A DNA stretch of 64,000 bases from the human T2T-CHM13v2.0 reference genome, Homo sapiens. A program made the translations under genes and the position numbers. The notes below the pieces were generated by a model, which worked only from the letters and a program-made list of their open reading frames with translations, did no database searches and was not told where the DNA came from. The number at the start of each line of letters is the position of its first letter. Positions within the stretch are counted from its first letter, which is position 1. Positions 40,075 through 56,248 of this stretch are shown here, one piece after another. Where the stretch lies: NCBI RefSeq assembly GCF_009914755.1, contig NC_060925.1. One strand, 5' to 3'.

Positions 40075-42060
40075 AACATAAAGAAATAAAGGTAAAAAAA
40101 AAATGTAATAGAAACTCATATTGCACCATCCAGATTTAGGAGGTTAATATTTTGCTGTATTTGTTGTAGTCTGCTCTTCTTTTTCTCAGGAAGAAAAATC
40201 ACAGATACAGCTAAAAGCCCCCATGTTTTCTTTCCTCCTCAAAGGAAATTTGCTCAAAGTTTTTAAAAAATCACTCTGTACCAGTTTTTATACATTTAAT
40301 GCATATATGTATAACCATAACAATATGTGGGATTGCTTTTTGTGTTCTTAAAACTGACGTTAATTGTATTGTACTGACTTTGTCCTTTTATAACTGATGT
40401 TTCTCATTTAATGTTACATTTTGAGATTTAACCACATCTGTGCATGAAAACTTAGTTCATTTGTTTCAACAGCTATATAGTAGCTCATTGTGTGAATGAA
40501 CTGCACCTGACTTACTTATTCTCTGTTCACGGACATTTAGGTTGCTTCCTAATTTTTCTCGATTACAATATCTAAAAGTGGTATTGCTGGATAATATTAT
40601 ATGCACATCATCTTCAAGTTTACAAGATATTGACAATTTACTCTTCAAAGTGGTGTGCCTGTTTACAGCTCCACCAACAGTGAGAGAGTTCCTGATGCTT
40701 CCATCCTCCAAAATCTGTGGTGTTAGCAGTCATTTTAATATTTGCCAATCTGATATGCATGAAAAGTTGTCTCGGTGTTGCTTAAATTTATTTTCTTTCC
40801 CTTTTCCTTCCTCCTCCTCCAATACTATGCACACTAGTCATATTGCACTGTCTAGGACCTCCAGACATCCTAGTTTGTTCTTGGCTTTGAAAGAAATACT
40901 TCTAACATTTCACCATCATACATGATATTTGCTGTTGGTTTTTGGCAGGTGATTTTTATCATGTTAAGGTTCTCTTCTTAGTTTAAGGGTTTTTTTTTTT
41001 TAATCATTAATTAGTGTTGCTGAATTTCATCAGATGCTTTTTCTAAATCTATTGAGATGATTGCATGGTTTTTCTACCTTAATTTGTTAATCTGGTAAAT
41101 TTAAATGACAGATTTTCTTTTTTGCTTCAGTTCTTTTAAAAAATAAATAAAATATTTCAGATATAATTGAAGCTGTGTATGCTCCTAGTTGATCTCATTC
41201 TTTTTCCTCCCTCTCCTGAGGCAAACACCACCCTCAACTCAGTGTTTTTCATTCTCATGCATAGTTTCATACTATTGCTACATATGTATGCATCATAAAC
41301 AATATGTGGTGTTGTTCTGCATATTTTCAAAGTTTATGTAAATGATATCTTACTATGCATATTCTAGAATTTGCTTTTCCATTTTGATAGTTGTAGCTCT
41401 AGTTCATTCTAATTGCTACGTGACATTGCATTGTGTTACTATACTACAATTTATTCCTTCTTTTGTTTAGGAACACTGAAGTCATTTCTAACTTCTGGCT
41501 ATTACAAACAACGGCACAGATAAATATTCTTGTAAAAGACTCTTTCTGCAAAATGCAAAACTGCCCTGTTGGGCCATAGAATGTGCTTTTCTTCAATATT
41601 GTTAAATGTGGCTAAATTGCTCCCCAAAGCATGCTCCCAGAAGTATAATTAGAGATCTGTTTTTTCATATCCTGAACAATACTTGGTGTTGTCAGCCTTT
41701 TAATGTTTGCTGGCATGATGTCCATAAAATGATATTTCATTGTTGTTTTAATTTGAATTTCTTCAATTTACTAGTGAGACTGAGAATCATATATATATGT
41801 GTATATATAATGTATGTGTATATATAATGTGTGTGTGTATATATATACACATATATATCATTCTCAGTTTCACTAGTAAATACACATACACACATATGTA
41901 TATATGTATGTATATGGATATATGTATATATGTGTGTATATATATTTATGTGTATGCATATACATATACATATATGCACATACACAAAACTACATTACTC
42001 TGTTCATATCTTTTGCCCTCTTTTTCTTATTAACTTGAAGACTTTAAAGACTATATATCC
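40075..42060 (-). mobile_element. Ancient L1ME fragments
   Basis: Antisense L1 3' motifs (ggacatttaggttgcttcc, atttgctgttggtttttggcag, tctattgagatgattgcatgg). Confidence 0.75.
41789..41985. repeat. (TA)/(TG)/(CA) low-complexity tract
   Basis: Direct reading. Confidence 0.9.
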
Positions 42061-42065
42061 ATTTT

Positions 42066-43290
42066 TCACTCAAAATGGATTAAAAACTCAAATGTAAGAC
42101 CTGAAACTGTAAAACTACTAGAAAAAAACATATAGGAAAACCTTTCTGACATTAAGTTTGGGCAGTGATTTCTTGGATATGACCCCACAAACACAGGCAA
42201 CAAAAGCAAAAATAGACAAATAGGATGGCATCAAACTAAGAAACTTCTACACAGCAAAGGAATCCATTAATAGAATGAAGAGACAACCCACAGATTGGGA
42301 GAAAATATTTGTAAATCATACATTAGAAAAGGGGCTAATATCCAAAATATACAAGGAATTCAAACTACTCAATAACAAGAAAACAGATGATAACCCTATT
42401 AAAAATGGGCAAAGGACATAAGTAGACATTGCTCAAAAGAAGACACACAATGGCCAGCAGATATACGAAAAAGTGCTCAATATTGCTAATTATCAGAGAA
42501 ATGCAAATTAAAATCACAGTAAGATGTCTCCTCATTCCTGTTGGATTGGCTATTATCAAAGATAAGTGTTGGTGGGGATGTGGAGAAAAGGGAACCCTTA
42601 TACACTATTGGTGGTATGGTAAAGTAGTAGAGCCATTTTGGAAAACAGAATGGGAGGTTCCTCAGAAAACTCAAAATAGAATTATGATATGATCCAGTAA
42701 TCCCACTACTGGGTATATATCCAAGGGAGTTGAAATCAGTATATTGACGAGATGTCTGTTCTCCCACAACTGTTCCAGTATTACTCACAATAGCCAAGAT
42801 ATGCAAACAACCTAATTGTCCATCAAAGGATAAGTGGATTCTTAAAATGTGGTATATATACACAATGGAGTACTATTAATATTCAGCCTTACAAAAAACC
42901 CAGGAAATTCTGTTATTTGTGACAACATAGATGAACCTAGAGGACCTACACTAAGTGAAATAAGCCAGGCGCAGAGAGATAAATATCATATGATCTCATT
43001 TATTTGTGGACTCTAAAAAAGTTGAACTCAGAAGTAGAGAGTATGAGAGCTCAGAAGTAGAGAATGCTGGTTGCCAGAGGCTGGGGGCAATGGGATGGGA
43101 AGAGAAGGAGAAGATGTTGGTCAATGGGTACAAGGTTTCAGGTCAGGAGGCATAAGTTCTGGTGTTCCATTATGCAACATGGTGACTACAGTTAATGATG
43201 TATTGTCTATTTCAAAATAGTGAAAAGAGAGGATTTTAAATGTTCTCACCACAAGGAAATGATAAATATTTGATATGATGGATATGCTAA
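42066..43290 (+). mobile_element. L1MA (MA7-9-like) ORF2 end and 3' UTR
   Basis: ctcaaaatggattaaa...aaatgtaagacctgaaactgtaaaactactagaa...aaatgttctcaccacaa. Confidence 0.92.
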
Positions 43291-45291
43291 AAATATGTAT
43301 TCTGAATATTATTTGTTGATCATATGTGTTACAAAGATATTCTCCTAGTCTGTGACTTGTCTTTTTCTTCTAATCTTTTAAAACTGTAAAATGAAACATA
43401 CCTTCAGAAAGGTGCTTAAGTCCTAAATGTTCAGTATAATTACAAAGTGAACACTCAGGAAAATTACCACTCAATTTAAGAAGTAGAAGGTCGTCAGTTC
43501 CAGAAACCCTTCATGTGTCCCTTCCTAATTATACTTACTTCCTTTCTCCTGGATGTAACCATTATCCTGATTTTTATTGATCACATTCTTGCTTTTCTAT
43601 ATAGTTTAGCCACCAATGTAGTTATCTCAAAACACTATAGGTTAGTTTTTCCTACATTTGAACTTTAAATAGGCGAAATCATTTTGCACTTTTTCTTTTA
43701 TGTCTTACTTCTCTGATTCAACCTATGTTTGTGAGATTAATTAAACCTTGTGATATGTGGCTGTAGTTCGTCATTTTCACTGCTGATGGCATTTTATCAA
43801 ATGAATGTTCCACAAAAATTCTACTATTGATTTGCCTCACTCCTCCAGTTTTTGAATATTTCAAACAATATCACTGTAAACATTCTTGTACATGGCTCTG
43901 GGCACACGCATGCATGAGTTTCTCTAGGGACTATATGTAGGAGAGAAGTTTCTTAATCAGAAGGTATGCATATCTTCAGCTTTATTAGAGAATGCCAACT
44001 TATTTTCCAAAGAGACTGTTGTGGCTTGTCTTTTACTTTGCATATAATAACTATTGCTGAATAAAGTTTTAAAATAAAAGTTAAATTTATCAATATTTTT
44101 CTTTTCTCATAGTGTCTTGTTTGAGAAATTCTCTACCCTGAAGATGTTTTCATCTTTTTTTTCTAAATGTCTTAAAGTTTTGCCTTTTCTATTTAGATTT
44201 TTAATCTACCCAGAATTAATTTTCATATGTATTAAAAATGTAAGCAGCTAGTTTTATTTTTTTCAATAAGTAAGTGTGGTCGGTTGTCTCAGTGCCATTT
44301 ATTGAAGAAGCCATTCCTTCCTTATTGATTTGTGACATAACCTCTGTCACATATCAAGTATCCATTTAAGAGTGGATCTTTTCGTTGAGGTGGTTTTACT
44401 TTTATTTGCCATGTGATTTCTTTAATGGCTTAATTTATTCAAGTTTCTTATTTCTTCTTGAGCCAATTTTGGTAATTTTTATTTTCTAGAAATGTAAAAT
44501 TCTTTGTGTTTTCAAATTTTAAAACATAAAGCTGATCATATTCTATTATGATTATTAAAGTCTCTATTTTAGTTATATCCCCTTCTTCATATCTAATTTT
44601 GTGTATTTATGCCTTTTGTCTTTGTTCCGTTGCTTAGTCTTACTGGAAAACTGTTTTATGAGTTTTCCTTTTTAAGAGAAATAGCTTTTGTCTTAGTTGA
44701 TTCTGTTATTTTCTTGTTTTTTTGTTTTATTAATTTCTACCCTTATTTTTAATATTTACTGTCTTCTGTCTTGTTTTTGTTTACTACAATCTTTTTATTG
44801 GTTCTTCAGTTAAATATAACATTTATTTTCTAACTTTATTTTAATTGGTGCATTTACAGTTACAAAGTCTCTTGCAGGTACTCTACTAGTTACATAGTTT
44901 TAACATGCAAACTTCAATTACAGTTCATGAGAAATACTTATAATTTTTATTGTGATGTCCTCTTTCATAGTAAGTTATTTAGAAAAGCATTTTAAAAATT
45001 TCAATGTGCGTCTGTGTTGTTTGGATTTAACGTTTATGGTTGCTTTCTAATTTACATTTATTGCCACAAGAGAAAATGATCTACATGATATTGCTTCTTT
45101 GTTGAGATTTCCTGTGTGTATAGTATTATATGTAGTCAATTTTTGTAAATAATTCATATGAACTGAAAGAGAATGCATTCTTTCTGCTTATTGGTTGAAA
45201 ACTCTATATGCATTTATTAGAAAATATATTGATTTAGTTGTTCAAACCTTCTATACCTTAATAACATTTTGTCTACTTGGTATATGGTTTC

Positions 45292-45591
45292 TTTTTTTAA
45301 TTTTTTTTTGAGACCGAGTCTCACTCTGTTGCCCAGGCTAGAGTGCAGTGGCACGATCTCAGCTCATTGCAAGCTTTGCCTCCTGGGTTCAAGTGATTCT
45401 CCTGCCTCTAACTCCTGAGTAGCTGGGATTACAGGCGTGCACTACCGCGCCTGGCTGATTTTTGTATTTTTAGTAGAGATGGGGTTTCGCCATGTTGGCA
45501 TGGCTGGTCTGGAACTGATGACCTCAAGTGATCCACCCACCTCAGCCTCCTAAAGTGCTGGGATTACAGGCATGAGCCACTGCACATGGCC
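45292..45591 (-). mobile_element. AluS (Sx/Sz-like)
   Basis: Full antisense Alu. TSD acttggtatatg(g/a)tttct. Confidence 0.95.
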
Positions 45592-46029
45592 ACTTGGTAT
45601 ATGATTTCTAATAGATGTTTGTTGAAATCTCCCATTATTTTTTATATTGGTCATTTTTTTTTCTAATCCTGTCTGTGTCTGTATTGTATGTTTTCAGGTA
45701 ATTTTTTTAGGTGCATATAAATTCATTATTGTTATATTTCCTTGGTGGATTTTTTCTTTCTGTAAGTATATATATTAAATATGTATGTAATATATTGTTA
45801 CGTACTATCTATTATACCTCAAGTTTTAGTTTGTCTGATATTAATATTACTACACTAGTTTTGTTGTTGTTGTTAGTAATTTCATGGTGTATATTTTCCA
45901 TGTCTTCATTTCAACATTTCTAATTAATTTTATTTCAGATGTGTCTCTTGTGTTTTACTGGATTTAAATCTATTCATCCGATCTATTTTAGTAGATAGGC
46001 TTTTAAATTTATTTGTTTATTTTACATTT

Positions 46030-46535
46030 GTCTTAGCAACAGAGCCTGAAGCAATGTTGAGTCATTAGGAGAGAGAGAAAGGCTAACTGAGGCAAAGGAG
46101 AATGGAAAGCATGTGTAAGGACTTCACAGCACACCACAAGACAATGGCAATGCTTGACAGATACACTCACTTGGCCTCTTGGCACATCTCCACACATGCT
46201 GTACAGGCATATGCTTGCCTTGGAAAAGTCCATTGAACGGAAGCAAATAGAAGGCGTTTATCTGCTGGCTCTGTTCTCTTATCTCTACTTAGGCCTTCTG
46301 CCCTTGGGGATTTAACTCTTTTGAACTTCAGGCTGAGTTACCTGGTTCATGCATTGTAACATAAAGTGCCAATGGAGTGGGAAAGGACAGAGACAATGGG
46401 CAGTGGCCTCCAGCCACGGATCCAACAGAGTTGACTGTCACTTGGCAGTAGCTGTAGAAAGGCAAGAGGCTGAATGTTTGGGAGACAGGTGAGGCCAAGA
46501 GAATTTGAGGGTATGTGCAAGATGCATCTCATACA
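46030..46535. mobile_element. Old ERVL LTR (LTR33-like)
   Basis: GC-richer ~500-bp insert starting tgtcttagcaacagagcctgaagca within AT-rich L1. Confidence 0.45.
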
Positions 46536-48097
46536 ACATTTATTGTAACGATCTACATATTTGCATATTTTTTTAACCAACTTTTTCTCTGCTTTGTTTT
46601 CTGTTCTTTTTTTTTTTCTCCTTTTCTTGCATTCTGTTGAACTGAAAATGTTTTCTATGTCCATTCTTCCCCTTCATGCCCTTTTCCCCCTCTGTAGCAG
46701 TTTGGAAAATAGACTGTGTTTTTCATTTTATTGTGGTTATCCTTCAATTTTTATATACTTAATTGCATACACATACTTAAGTACTCATTTTTTTCTAACA
46801 GATTTAAGTCATTCAATATTTCTATCCTCTTCCCAAACATGACACAGACTTTAACTTACTTTAATCACTAATTGAACATCATTCTTATCTAGTTATTATT
46901 TCTAGTCATAGTTTTGCCTATTAATAAAAAAATTATCTCTTTCAGTTAATAGTTAATTAAATTTACTGACATATTTTATTTTCTAGCTCATTAGCTTCCC
47001 TCTAAATTCAGTTTTCTCCTTGCTGAAGTATATCCTTTAAGTTCTTTTTTTGTTTTTGTTTATTTAAATAGACATTATCTTTTTAGCTTTACAGAAAAAG
47101 TTGAGAAGACAGTAGAGATTTTCAAAATGTCCTCTATGGTTTCCCCTATTATTAACCTCATACATTGGTGTGAAATTCTTGTTATAATTAAGGAACCACT
47201 ATTGACATATAATTATTAACTAAAGTCATTTTTTATCCACATTTCCTTAGTTTTTATCTAATGTTGTTTTTCTGTTCCAGGACTTCATCCAGAATACCAT
47301 ATCACATTTAGTAAGAGAGTTTTGAGGAGTAATGGCCAAGTAGTTTGTAGGATGCCTCACTATGGGAGTTGTCTGCTGTTTTTCTCATGATAAGACTGGG
47401 GTCATGGGTTACTGGGAGACAGACTACAGAGACAAAGTGCCGTTTTCATTGCATCATGTCAAGGGTACATAACATACCATCAACACAATTTATGACTGTT
47501 GATAGTGGCCTTGATCACCTGGCTGAGGTGGTGTGTCAGGTTTCTCCACTGTAAAGTTATCCTCTCCTGCCCCCTCCATAGTGTATTGTTTGGAAGGAAG
47601 TTGCTATGTGCAGCCCACACTTAAAGAGTGGGAAGTTATGCTCCCCTTCCTTGAGGGTGGAGTATCTATAATTTATTCAATCACTTATTTATGTAAGCAT
47701 GGACTCAGAAATATTTATTTTTTTACTTTGGATTAGAATCTGGCATACCTTATTTGTTTTGTTGTTCAAGTTGTTCCAGCTTTGGCCATTGGGAGCTCTT
47801 TCCATTGGCTCTTGTCCTCCTCTGATACACCTCCATCATAAGTTGTTGTTGAACACTTCCTTATTTTATGGCACTATAAGAAGTTCCAGTATCATTTTGT
47901 ATATTTCTTGCTCCAGTCCTAGAATCAACTATTTCTCAAAGATTCCTGCTTTCTTTACTGGAGGACAGTATTAGAAACCAAGATCTAGGCATTAGGTGTG
48001 CTTGTTGCTACTGAGGTGTCATTTCTTTTATGCCCTTTCAGCTGATAGCACAAACATTTTTATGTTAACCCATGTATATATACACAAATGTATTACT

Positions 48098-48957
<860 letters not shown>

Positions 48958-48975
48958 TAATATTTCTGTAATTAA

Positions 48976-50557
48976 TTAGAAAAAAACTCTTGTAAAATTC
49001 ACATGGAACCAAAAAAGAGCCCAAAGCGCCAAAGCAATCCTAAGCAAAAAGAACAAAGCTGCAGACATCACATTACCTGACTTTAAACTATACCTCAAGG
49101 CCACAGTAACCAAAACAGCATGGTACTAGTATAAAAACAGACACATAGGTCAATGGAACATAATAGAGAACCGAGAAATAAAGCCACATATCTGCTTTCC
49201 ACAGTTACTGAACTAATTTACATTCTCACCAGCCATCTGATCTTCAACAAAGTTGACAAAAATAAACAATGGGGAAAGCATTCCCTATTCAATAAATGGT
49301 GCTGGGATAACTGGCTAGCCATATGCAGAAGAATGAAACTGGACCCCTACCTTTCACCATATACAAAAATTAACTCAAAAGTTGATTGGACTAAGACTTA
49401 AATGTAAGACTTAAAACTTTAAAAATTCTAAAAGAAAAAATCTAGGAAATACCCTTCTGGACACTGGCCTTGGCAAAGGATTTATGAATAAGTCCTCAAA
49501 AGCAATTGCAACAAAAAGAAGAATTGGCAAGTGGGACCTAATTAAACTAAAGAGCTTCTGCACAGCAAAAGAAAATATCAACAGAATAAAAAGCCAACCT
49601 ACAGAATGGGAGAAAATATTTACAAACTATGCATCCAATAAAGATCTAATATCCAGAATCTATAAGGAACTTCATTCAACAAGCAAAAAATAAGTAACCC
49701 CCTTAAGAAGTGGGCAAAGGACATGAACAGATACTTCTCAAAAGAAGACATACAAGTGGCCAACAAATATATGAAAAAATGTTCAACATCGCTAATCATC
49801 GGAGAAATGCAAATTAAAACCACAATGAGATACCATCTCACACAGTCAGAATGACTATTACTAAAATGTCAAAAAATAACATGTTGATGAGGCTGCAGAG
49901 AAAAGGGAAAGCTTATACACAGCTGGTGAGAATGTAAATTAGTTCAGTAACTGTGGAAAGCAGTTTGGAGATTTCTCAAAGAACTAAAATATAACTACTA
50001 TTCAACCCAGCAATCTCATTACTGGGTATATACCCAAAGAAAAATAAATCATTCTACCGAAAAGACACATACACTCGTATGTTTACTGCAGCAGTATTCA
50101 CAGTAGCAAAGACATATACTCAACCTAGGTGCCTATCAATGGTGGACTGGATAAAGAAAATGTGGTATATACATATCATGGAATACTAGGCAGCCATAAA
50201 AAAGAATAAAATCATGTCCTTGCAGCAACATGGTTGCAGCTTGAGGCCATTGTTTTAAGTAAATTAATTCAGAAACAGAAAATCAAATACCACATGTTCT
50301 CATTTATAAGTGGGAGCTAAACTTTGGGTACACATGGATATAAAGATGGGAACAATAGACATTAGAGACTACTAGGCTAAGGGGTGGGGATGGCTGAAAA
50401 ACTACATATTGGGTACTATGCTCACTACCTGAGTGACAGGATCAATTATACCCTAAGCCTCAGCAACACACAACATATCCATGCAATGAACCTACACATG
50501 TACCCCGAATTTAAAAGTTGATATTTAAACAATAAACCACTTAACAAACAAAAAAAA
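48976..50557 (+). mobile_element. L1PA15/16-like, 5'-truncated
   Basis: ORF2 C-terminal remnants ([32 protein letters not shown]; [14 protein letters not shown]). Perfect TSD atttctgtaattaa. Confidence 0.93.
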
Positions 50558-50964
50558 ATTTCTGTAATTAACCATTTGTGCCTGTATTAAGCTAACCATG
50601 AGTTCATAGTAATATCTCCAATTCTAATCCTTGGGTTATTCTTGCCTTCCCCTTTTATCTGTAAACTCCCACCTCAAACATGAGAAACCTGGCCCCCAAC
50701 ATCCTCCATCCATTTACTTAGTTGTCCAGTTCCAGTATACATGTACACTGGTACTGGAAACTTTAAACCATACCCTGTGAGAAACAATAACTTTATCCAG
50801 TAGAGAAGAGTGCTAAAATGCCTTTAGTCTTAAAGACTACTAATTTCCAAAGTTACTTAGGTCAACACCTTGATCTCTCACCCTCTTCAGTGAGGTTATT
50901 TTTACAATACCGGTAAATTCTCTTATCACAGTCTGCATTCCTTTCCGGCATTCCCTTCCTCCTA

Positions 50965-51169
<205 letters not shown>

Positions 51170-52230
51170 AAAAATTTGTGTACATTAAGTTTTCTTTCTG
51201 CTGTCAAGTTCTATGGGTTTGAGAAATGCCTATTGTAATGTATCCACCATTACAGTATCATACAGTATCATACAGTATCATAGTTTCTCTGCTGCAACAA
51301 ATACCCCATGCTTCACCTATTTATTTCTCCCTTCTACCCCAAAACCCTTGGCACACATGGATCATTTTTCTTTGTCCATAGTTTTGCTTTTTCCGGAATG
51401 TCATATAATTTGAATCATACACAATATAGTATTTTCATAGTGTCTTCTTTCATTTAACAAGGGGCATTTAAGTTTTCTCCAAATCTTTTTGTGGCTTGAT
51501 AGCTCATATATTTTTTATGCTAAATAATACTCTATTGTGTGGATGTAACACAGTTTGTTTTTCCATTCACATATCAAAGGAAATCTTGGTTGCGTCCAGT
51601 TTTTGGAGATTGTGAATAAAACTTCTATAAACATTCCCGTGCAGGTTTTTGTGGGAACAAAAAAATTTCAAATCAATTTAAATACCTAGGAGTGTGATTT
51701 CTGGATTGTATGGTGTGATTTCTGGATTGTAAGACTATGTTTAGCTTTGTAAGATACTGCCAAACTGTCTTCCAAAGTGGCTGAACCATTTTGCATTCCC
51801 ACCATCAATGAATGATATAGTTCCTGTTGTTCCACATCCTCACCAACATTTGGTATTGTCAGTTAAATATTTGAAAAAATTTTAGCCACTGTAATAAGTG
51901 TGTAGTGGTATCTTATTATTGTTTTAATTTGCAATTCTGTGATGACAAATGAAGTTGAACATATTTTCATAGGCTTATTTTTCATTTGCATATCTTCTTT
52001 GGTGGGGTGTCTGTTCACATCTTTGCCAATATTTAATTAGGTTGTTTGTTTTCTTATTGTTAAGTTTTAAGAGTTTTTTTATGTATATTTTGGATGTACA
52101 GCTACTACGCGTTTTGCAAATATTTTCTCCCAGTCTGTGGCTTGTCTTTTAATTCTCTTAACTGTATCTTTCACAGAGCAAAAATTTTAATTTTAATAAA
52201 GTTCAATGTGTCCATTTTTTTCCTTCATGG

Positions 52231-53071
52231 TGTGATAATGTAAAATATATATTTAGTCTTTGTCCCCTTTCCCTAAATATACAAATCCTAAAATCCTTAG
52301 ACTCTATAAAGTTATATTTTTGTATGCTAATGATTAACTGATGGTTGGCAACCTCTACATAGCTTTAGGATGGGGGCTGGTCACCAGAAAGACCAACGCA
52401 TAATTAGAGGGTTGAAACTTTTAGCTCCACCCCCAACCTCCTGAAAAGGGAGAGGGGTTGAAGGTTAAGTTGATCACCAGTGGCCAATGATTTAATCAAT
52501 TATGGCTATGTAATGAAGCTTCCATAAAAACCAAAAGGAATGGATTTGGAGAGCTTTCACATAGGTCTACACGTGGGAGTTCCTGAAGAGTGGCACTCCC
52601 AGGGGGGTCATGGAAGCTCCATGCATGCCCCTTCCTCCATATCTTGCACTATGCATCTCTTCATCTGTATCCTTTGTAATTTCCTTTATAATAAACTGGT
52701 AAACATGTTTCCCTGAGTTCTGTGAGCCACTCTAGCAAATTAATCAAACCCAAAGAGGGGCTTGTGGGAATCCCAACTTAAAGCTGGTTGGTTGGAAGTT
52801 CTGGAGGCCTGGACTTATGACTGGTGCCTGAAGGAGGGGCGGTCTTGTGGGACTGAGCCCTCAGCTTGTGGGATTTGGCCATTATCTCCAGGTAGATAGA
52901 GTCAGAAGTGAATTGGAGGACCTCCAGATGATGTCTGCTGCAGAACTGATCGCTTGCTTGGTGTGTGAGGAAAATCTTGCACACATTTGGTCACAGAAGT
53001 CTTCTGTGTTGATTAATGTATTGAGTGAGAGAATAGGAAAAACACAGTTCATGTGTGTTTTTCCACTGTCA
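52231..53071 (+). mobile_element. MER21-family solo LTR
   Basis: TG...CA ends; ggatgggggctggtcaccagaaagacca...ctgagttctgtgagccactctagcaaattaatcaaaccc; AATAAA. TSD catgg / catag. Confidence 0.88.
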
Positions 53072-55524
53072 CATAGATTGTACTTTTGGGGTGGTATCTA
53101 AAATGTCATTGTCAAACACAATGTCACTTAAATTATGTCTTATGTTTTCTTCTAACATTTTATAATATTGCATTTTATATTTAGGTTTGTGCTCCATTTT
53201 GAGTTAATTTTTCTGAAAGGTTTAAGGTCTGAATCTAGATTCTTTTTTTTTTTCATTTGGAAATCCAATTGTTCCAGCACCATTTTTGAAAGGACTACCC
53301 TTTGATAGTCTTTTCAAAGATCAGTTGACTATGTTTGTGTGGATTTATTTCTGAGCTTCCTATTCTTTCCCATTGATCTATGAGTCACTCTTTTGTCAAT
53401 ACCATACTATCTTGATTAATTTAAACTTATAGTAAGTTTTCAGATTGCGTAGTGTCAGTCCCCCAAGTTTGTTCTTCTTCAAGTGTTGGCTTTTCTGAGT
53501 CTTTTGCTTTTCCATATACACTTTAGAATCAGTTTGTTGATATCCACAAGATACCTTTCTGGGATCTTGATTGAGACTGAGATTGATCAATCTGGAAACA
53601 ATTGACATCTTAGCAATTCTGAGTCTTGCTATTTATGAACATGAAATGTCTCTCCACTTATTTAGATCTTTGGTTTCTTTCATCATAATTTTGTAGTTTT
53701 CCTTATATAGATCCTGTACATGTTTTGTTAGGTTTATATCTAATTTAACTTTTTGATATTGAAAATTATACAGTGCTTTAAATTTCAAAGTTCAATTATT
53801 CTCTCTATATATATCTATACATATATATGCTAATGATTTTGTATATTATTCTTATATCCTGCGACTTTGCCATAATCATTTACTAATTCTAGGGTTTTTT
53901 TTTTTTTTTGGCTGATTCTTTGGAATTTTTTACATAGACAATCATCTGCAAAAAAAGGTAGCTTTATTTCTTTCTTCCTAATTTATATACATTTTATTTC
54001 CTTTCCTTATCTTGTTGCATTAGCTAGGACTTCCATTCAGTGTTAAATGGAAGTGGTGAGAGGGGACAGCCTTGCCTTTTTTGGAATCTTAGGGGAAAAC
54101 ATCTGTTTTTTTTTTTTGCTGTTAAGTATGTTAGCTGTAACTTTCTTTTGTAGTTTCAAAAAAATCGAGTTGAGGAAGTTCTCTATTCCTAATTATCTAA
54201 GTTTTTTAAAAAAACCAATTAATGTTGGGGTTGTCAAATGCTTTTTCTGCATCAACTGATATAATCATGTGACTTTACTTCTTTATTTTGTTGATGGGGT
54301 AGATAACATCAGTTGACCTTTTAATGTTGAAACAGCCTTGTATATACCTTGAATAAATCCTACTAGATTATGGTATGTAAATTTTTTTATACATTGTTGG
54401 ATTTAACTTGCTAATAGTTTGTTGAAGATTTTTGCATCTATGTTTATGAAAGATATTGGTCTATAGCTTTTTGTTCTTGTAATGTCTTTATCCAATTTTG
54501 GTATTAGAGTAATGCTGATCTCATAGAATTAGTTAAGAGAGGTTCCCTTGGCTGCTATTTTCTGGAAGAGATTGTAAAGAATTGATATAAATTCTTTCTT
54601 AAATTTTGATAGAATTAAACAGTGAACCCATCTAAAACTGGTGCTTTCTTTTTTGAAAGGATATTAATTATTGACTTAATTTTTTAATAGATTTCTTTAA
54701 TAATCTATTCAGATTGGCTAATTCTCCTATTGTGAGCTTTGGTGGCTCATGTTGTTCCAAGAATTTGTCCATTTCATCTAAGTTATCAAATTTGTGGTCA
54801 TGTAGTTATTCATATATTTATTATCTTTTTGACGTCCATGGGATCAATAGTGGTGACTTCCTTCTTTATTTCCAATATCAGTAATTTGTGTTCTTTCTCT
54901 TTTTTTCTTTGTTAGGCCAGCTAGAGCTTTATCAATTTTATTGATCTTTTCCAAGACAGCATTTGGTTTTGTTGATTTCTTTATTTTCCTGCTTTCAATT
55001 TCACTGATTTTTGTTCTAATTATTACTTATCTTCTTATGCTTACTTTAGGATTAAATTGATCTTTCTTTCTCTAATTTCCGAAGGTGGAAGCTTGGATTA
55101 TTGATTTTTTAAATCCTTCTTCTTTTCTAACATTTGCATTCAATACTATAAATTTCCCTCTAACCACTGCTTTTACTGCATTCCATAAATTTTGATAAGT
55201 TGTGTTTTCGTTTTCATCTAGTTTGAAATATTTAAAATTTCCTTTAAGAAGATTTCTTCTTTAACTCATATGTTATTTGGATGTGTCTTGTTTAATCTGT
55301 AAGTATTTGAGGCTATTTTACTGTTACTGATTTCTAGTTTAATTATATTATGGTCTGAAAACAGACATTGTATAATTTCTATTCTTTTAAATTTGTTAAG
55401 GTTTGTTTTATGACCCAGGATGTGTTCCATCTTGGTGAATGATTCATGTGAGCATGAGAAGAATGTGTATTCTGCTGTTATTGCATGAAGTAGTTGATAG
55501 ACATCAATTATATCTAGTTGATTA

Positions 55525-56131
<607 letters not shown>

Positions 56132-56248
56132 TTACAACTAGTTTAATTTTACTCTCGAGTAACACTATGCTTACTTCTGATGAGAAGTATACTATACTTC
56201 TTTCTGATGAGAAGTCTTCACAGGTAGGGAAGATACCTTATAGCAGAG

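Larger units (their letters stand above)
43290..47045 (-). mobile_element. Ancient L1ME fragments (host), with Alu and LTR insertions
   Basis: Antisense L1 body motifs. The host appears to resume at ~58660. Confidence 0.7.
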
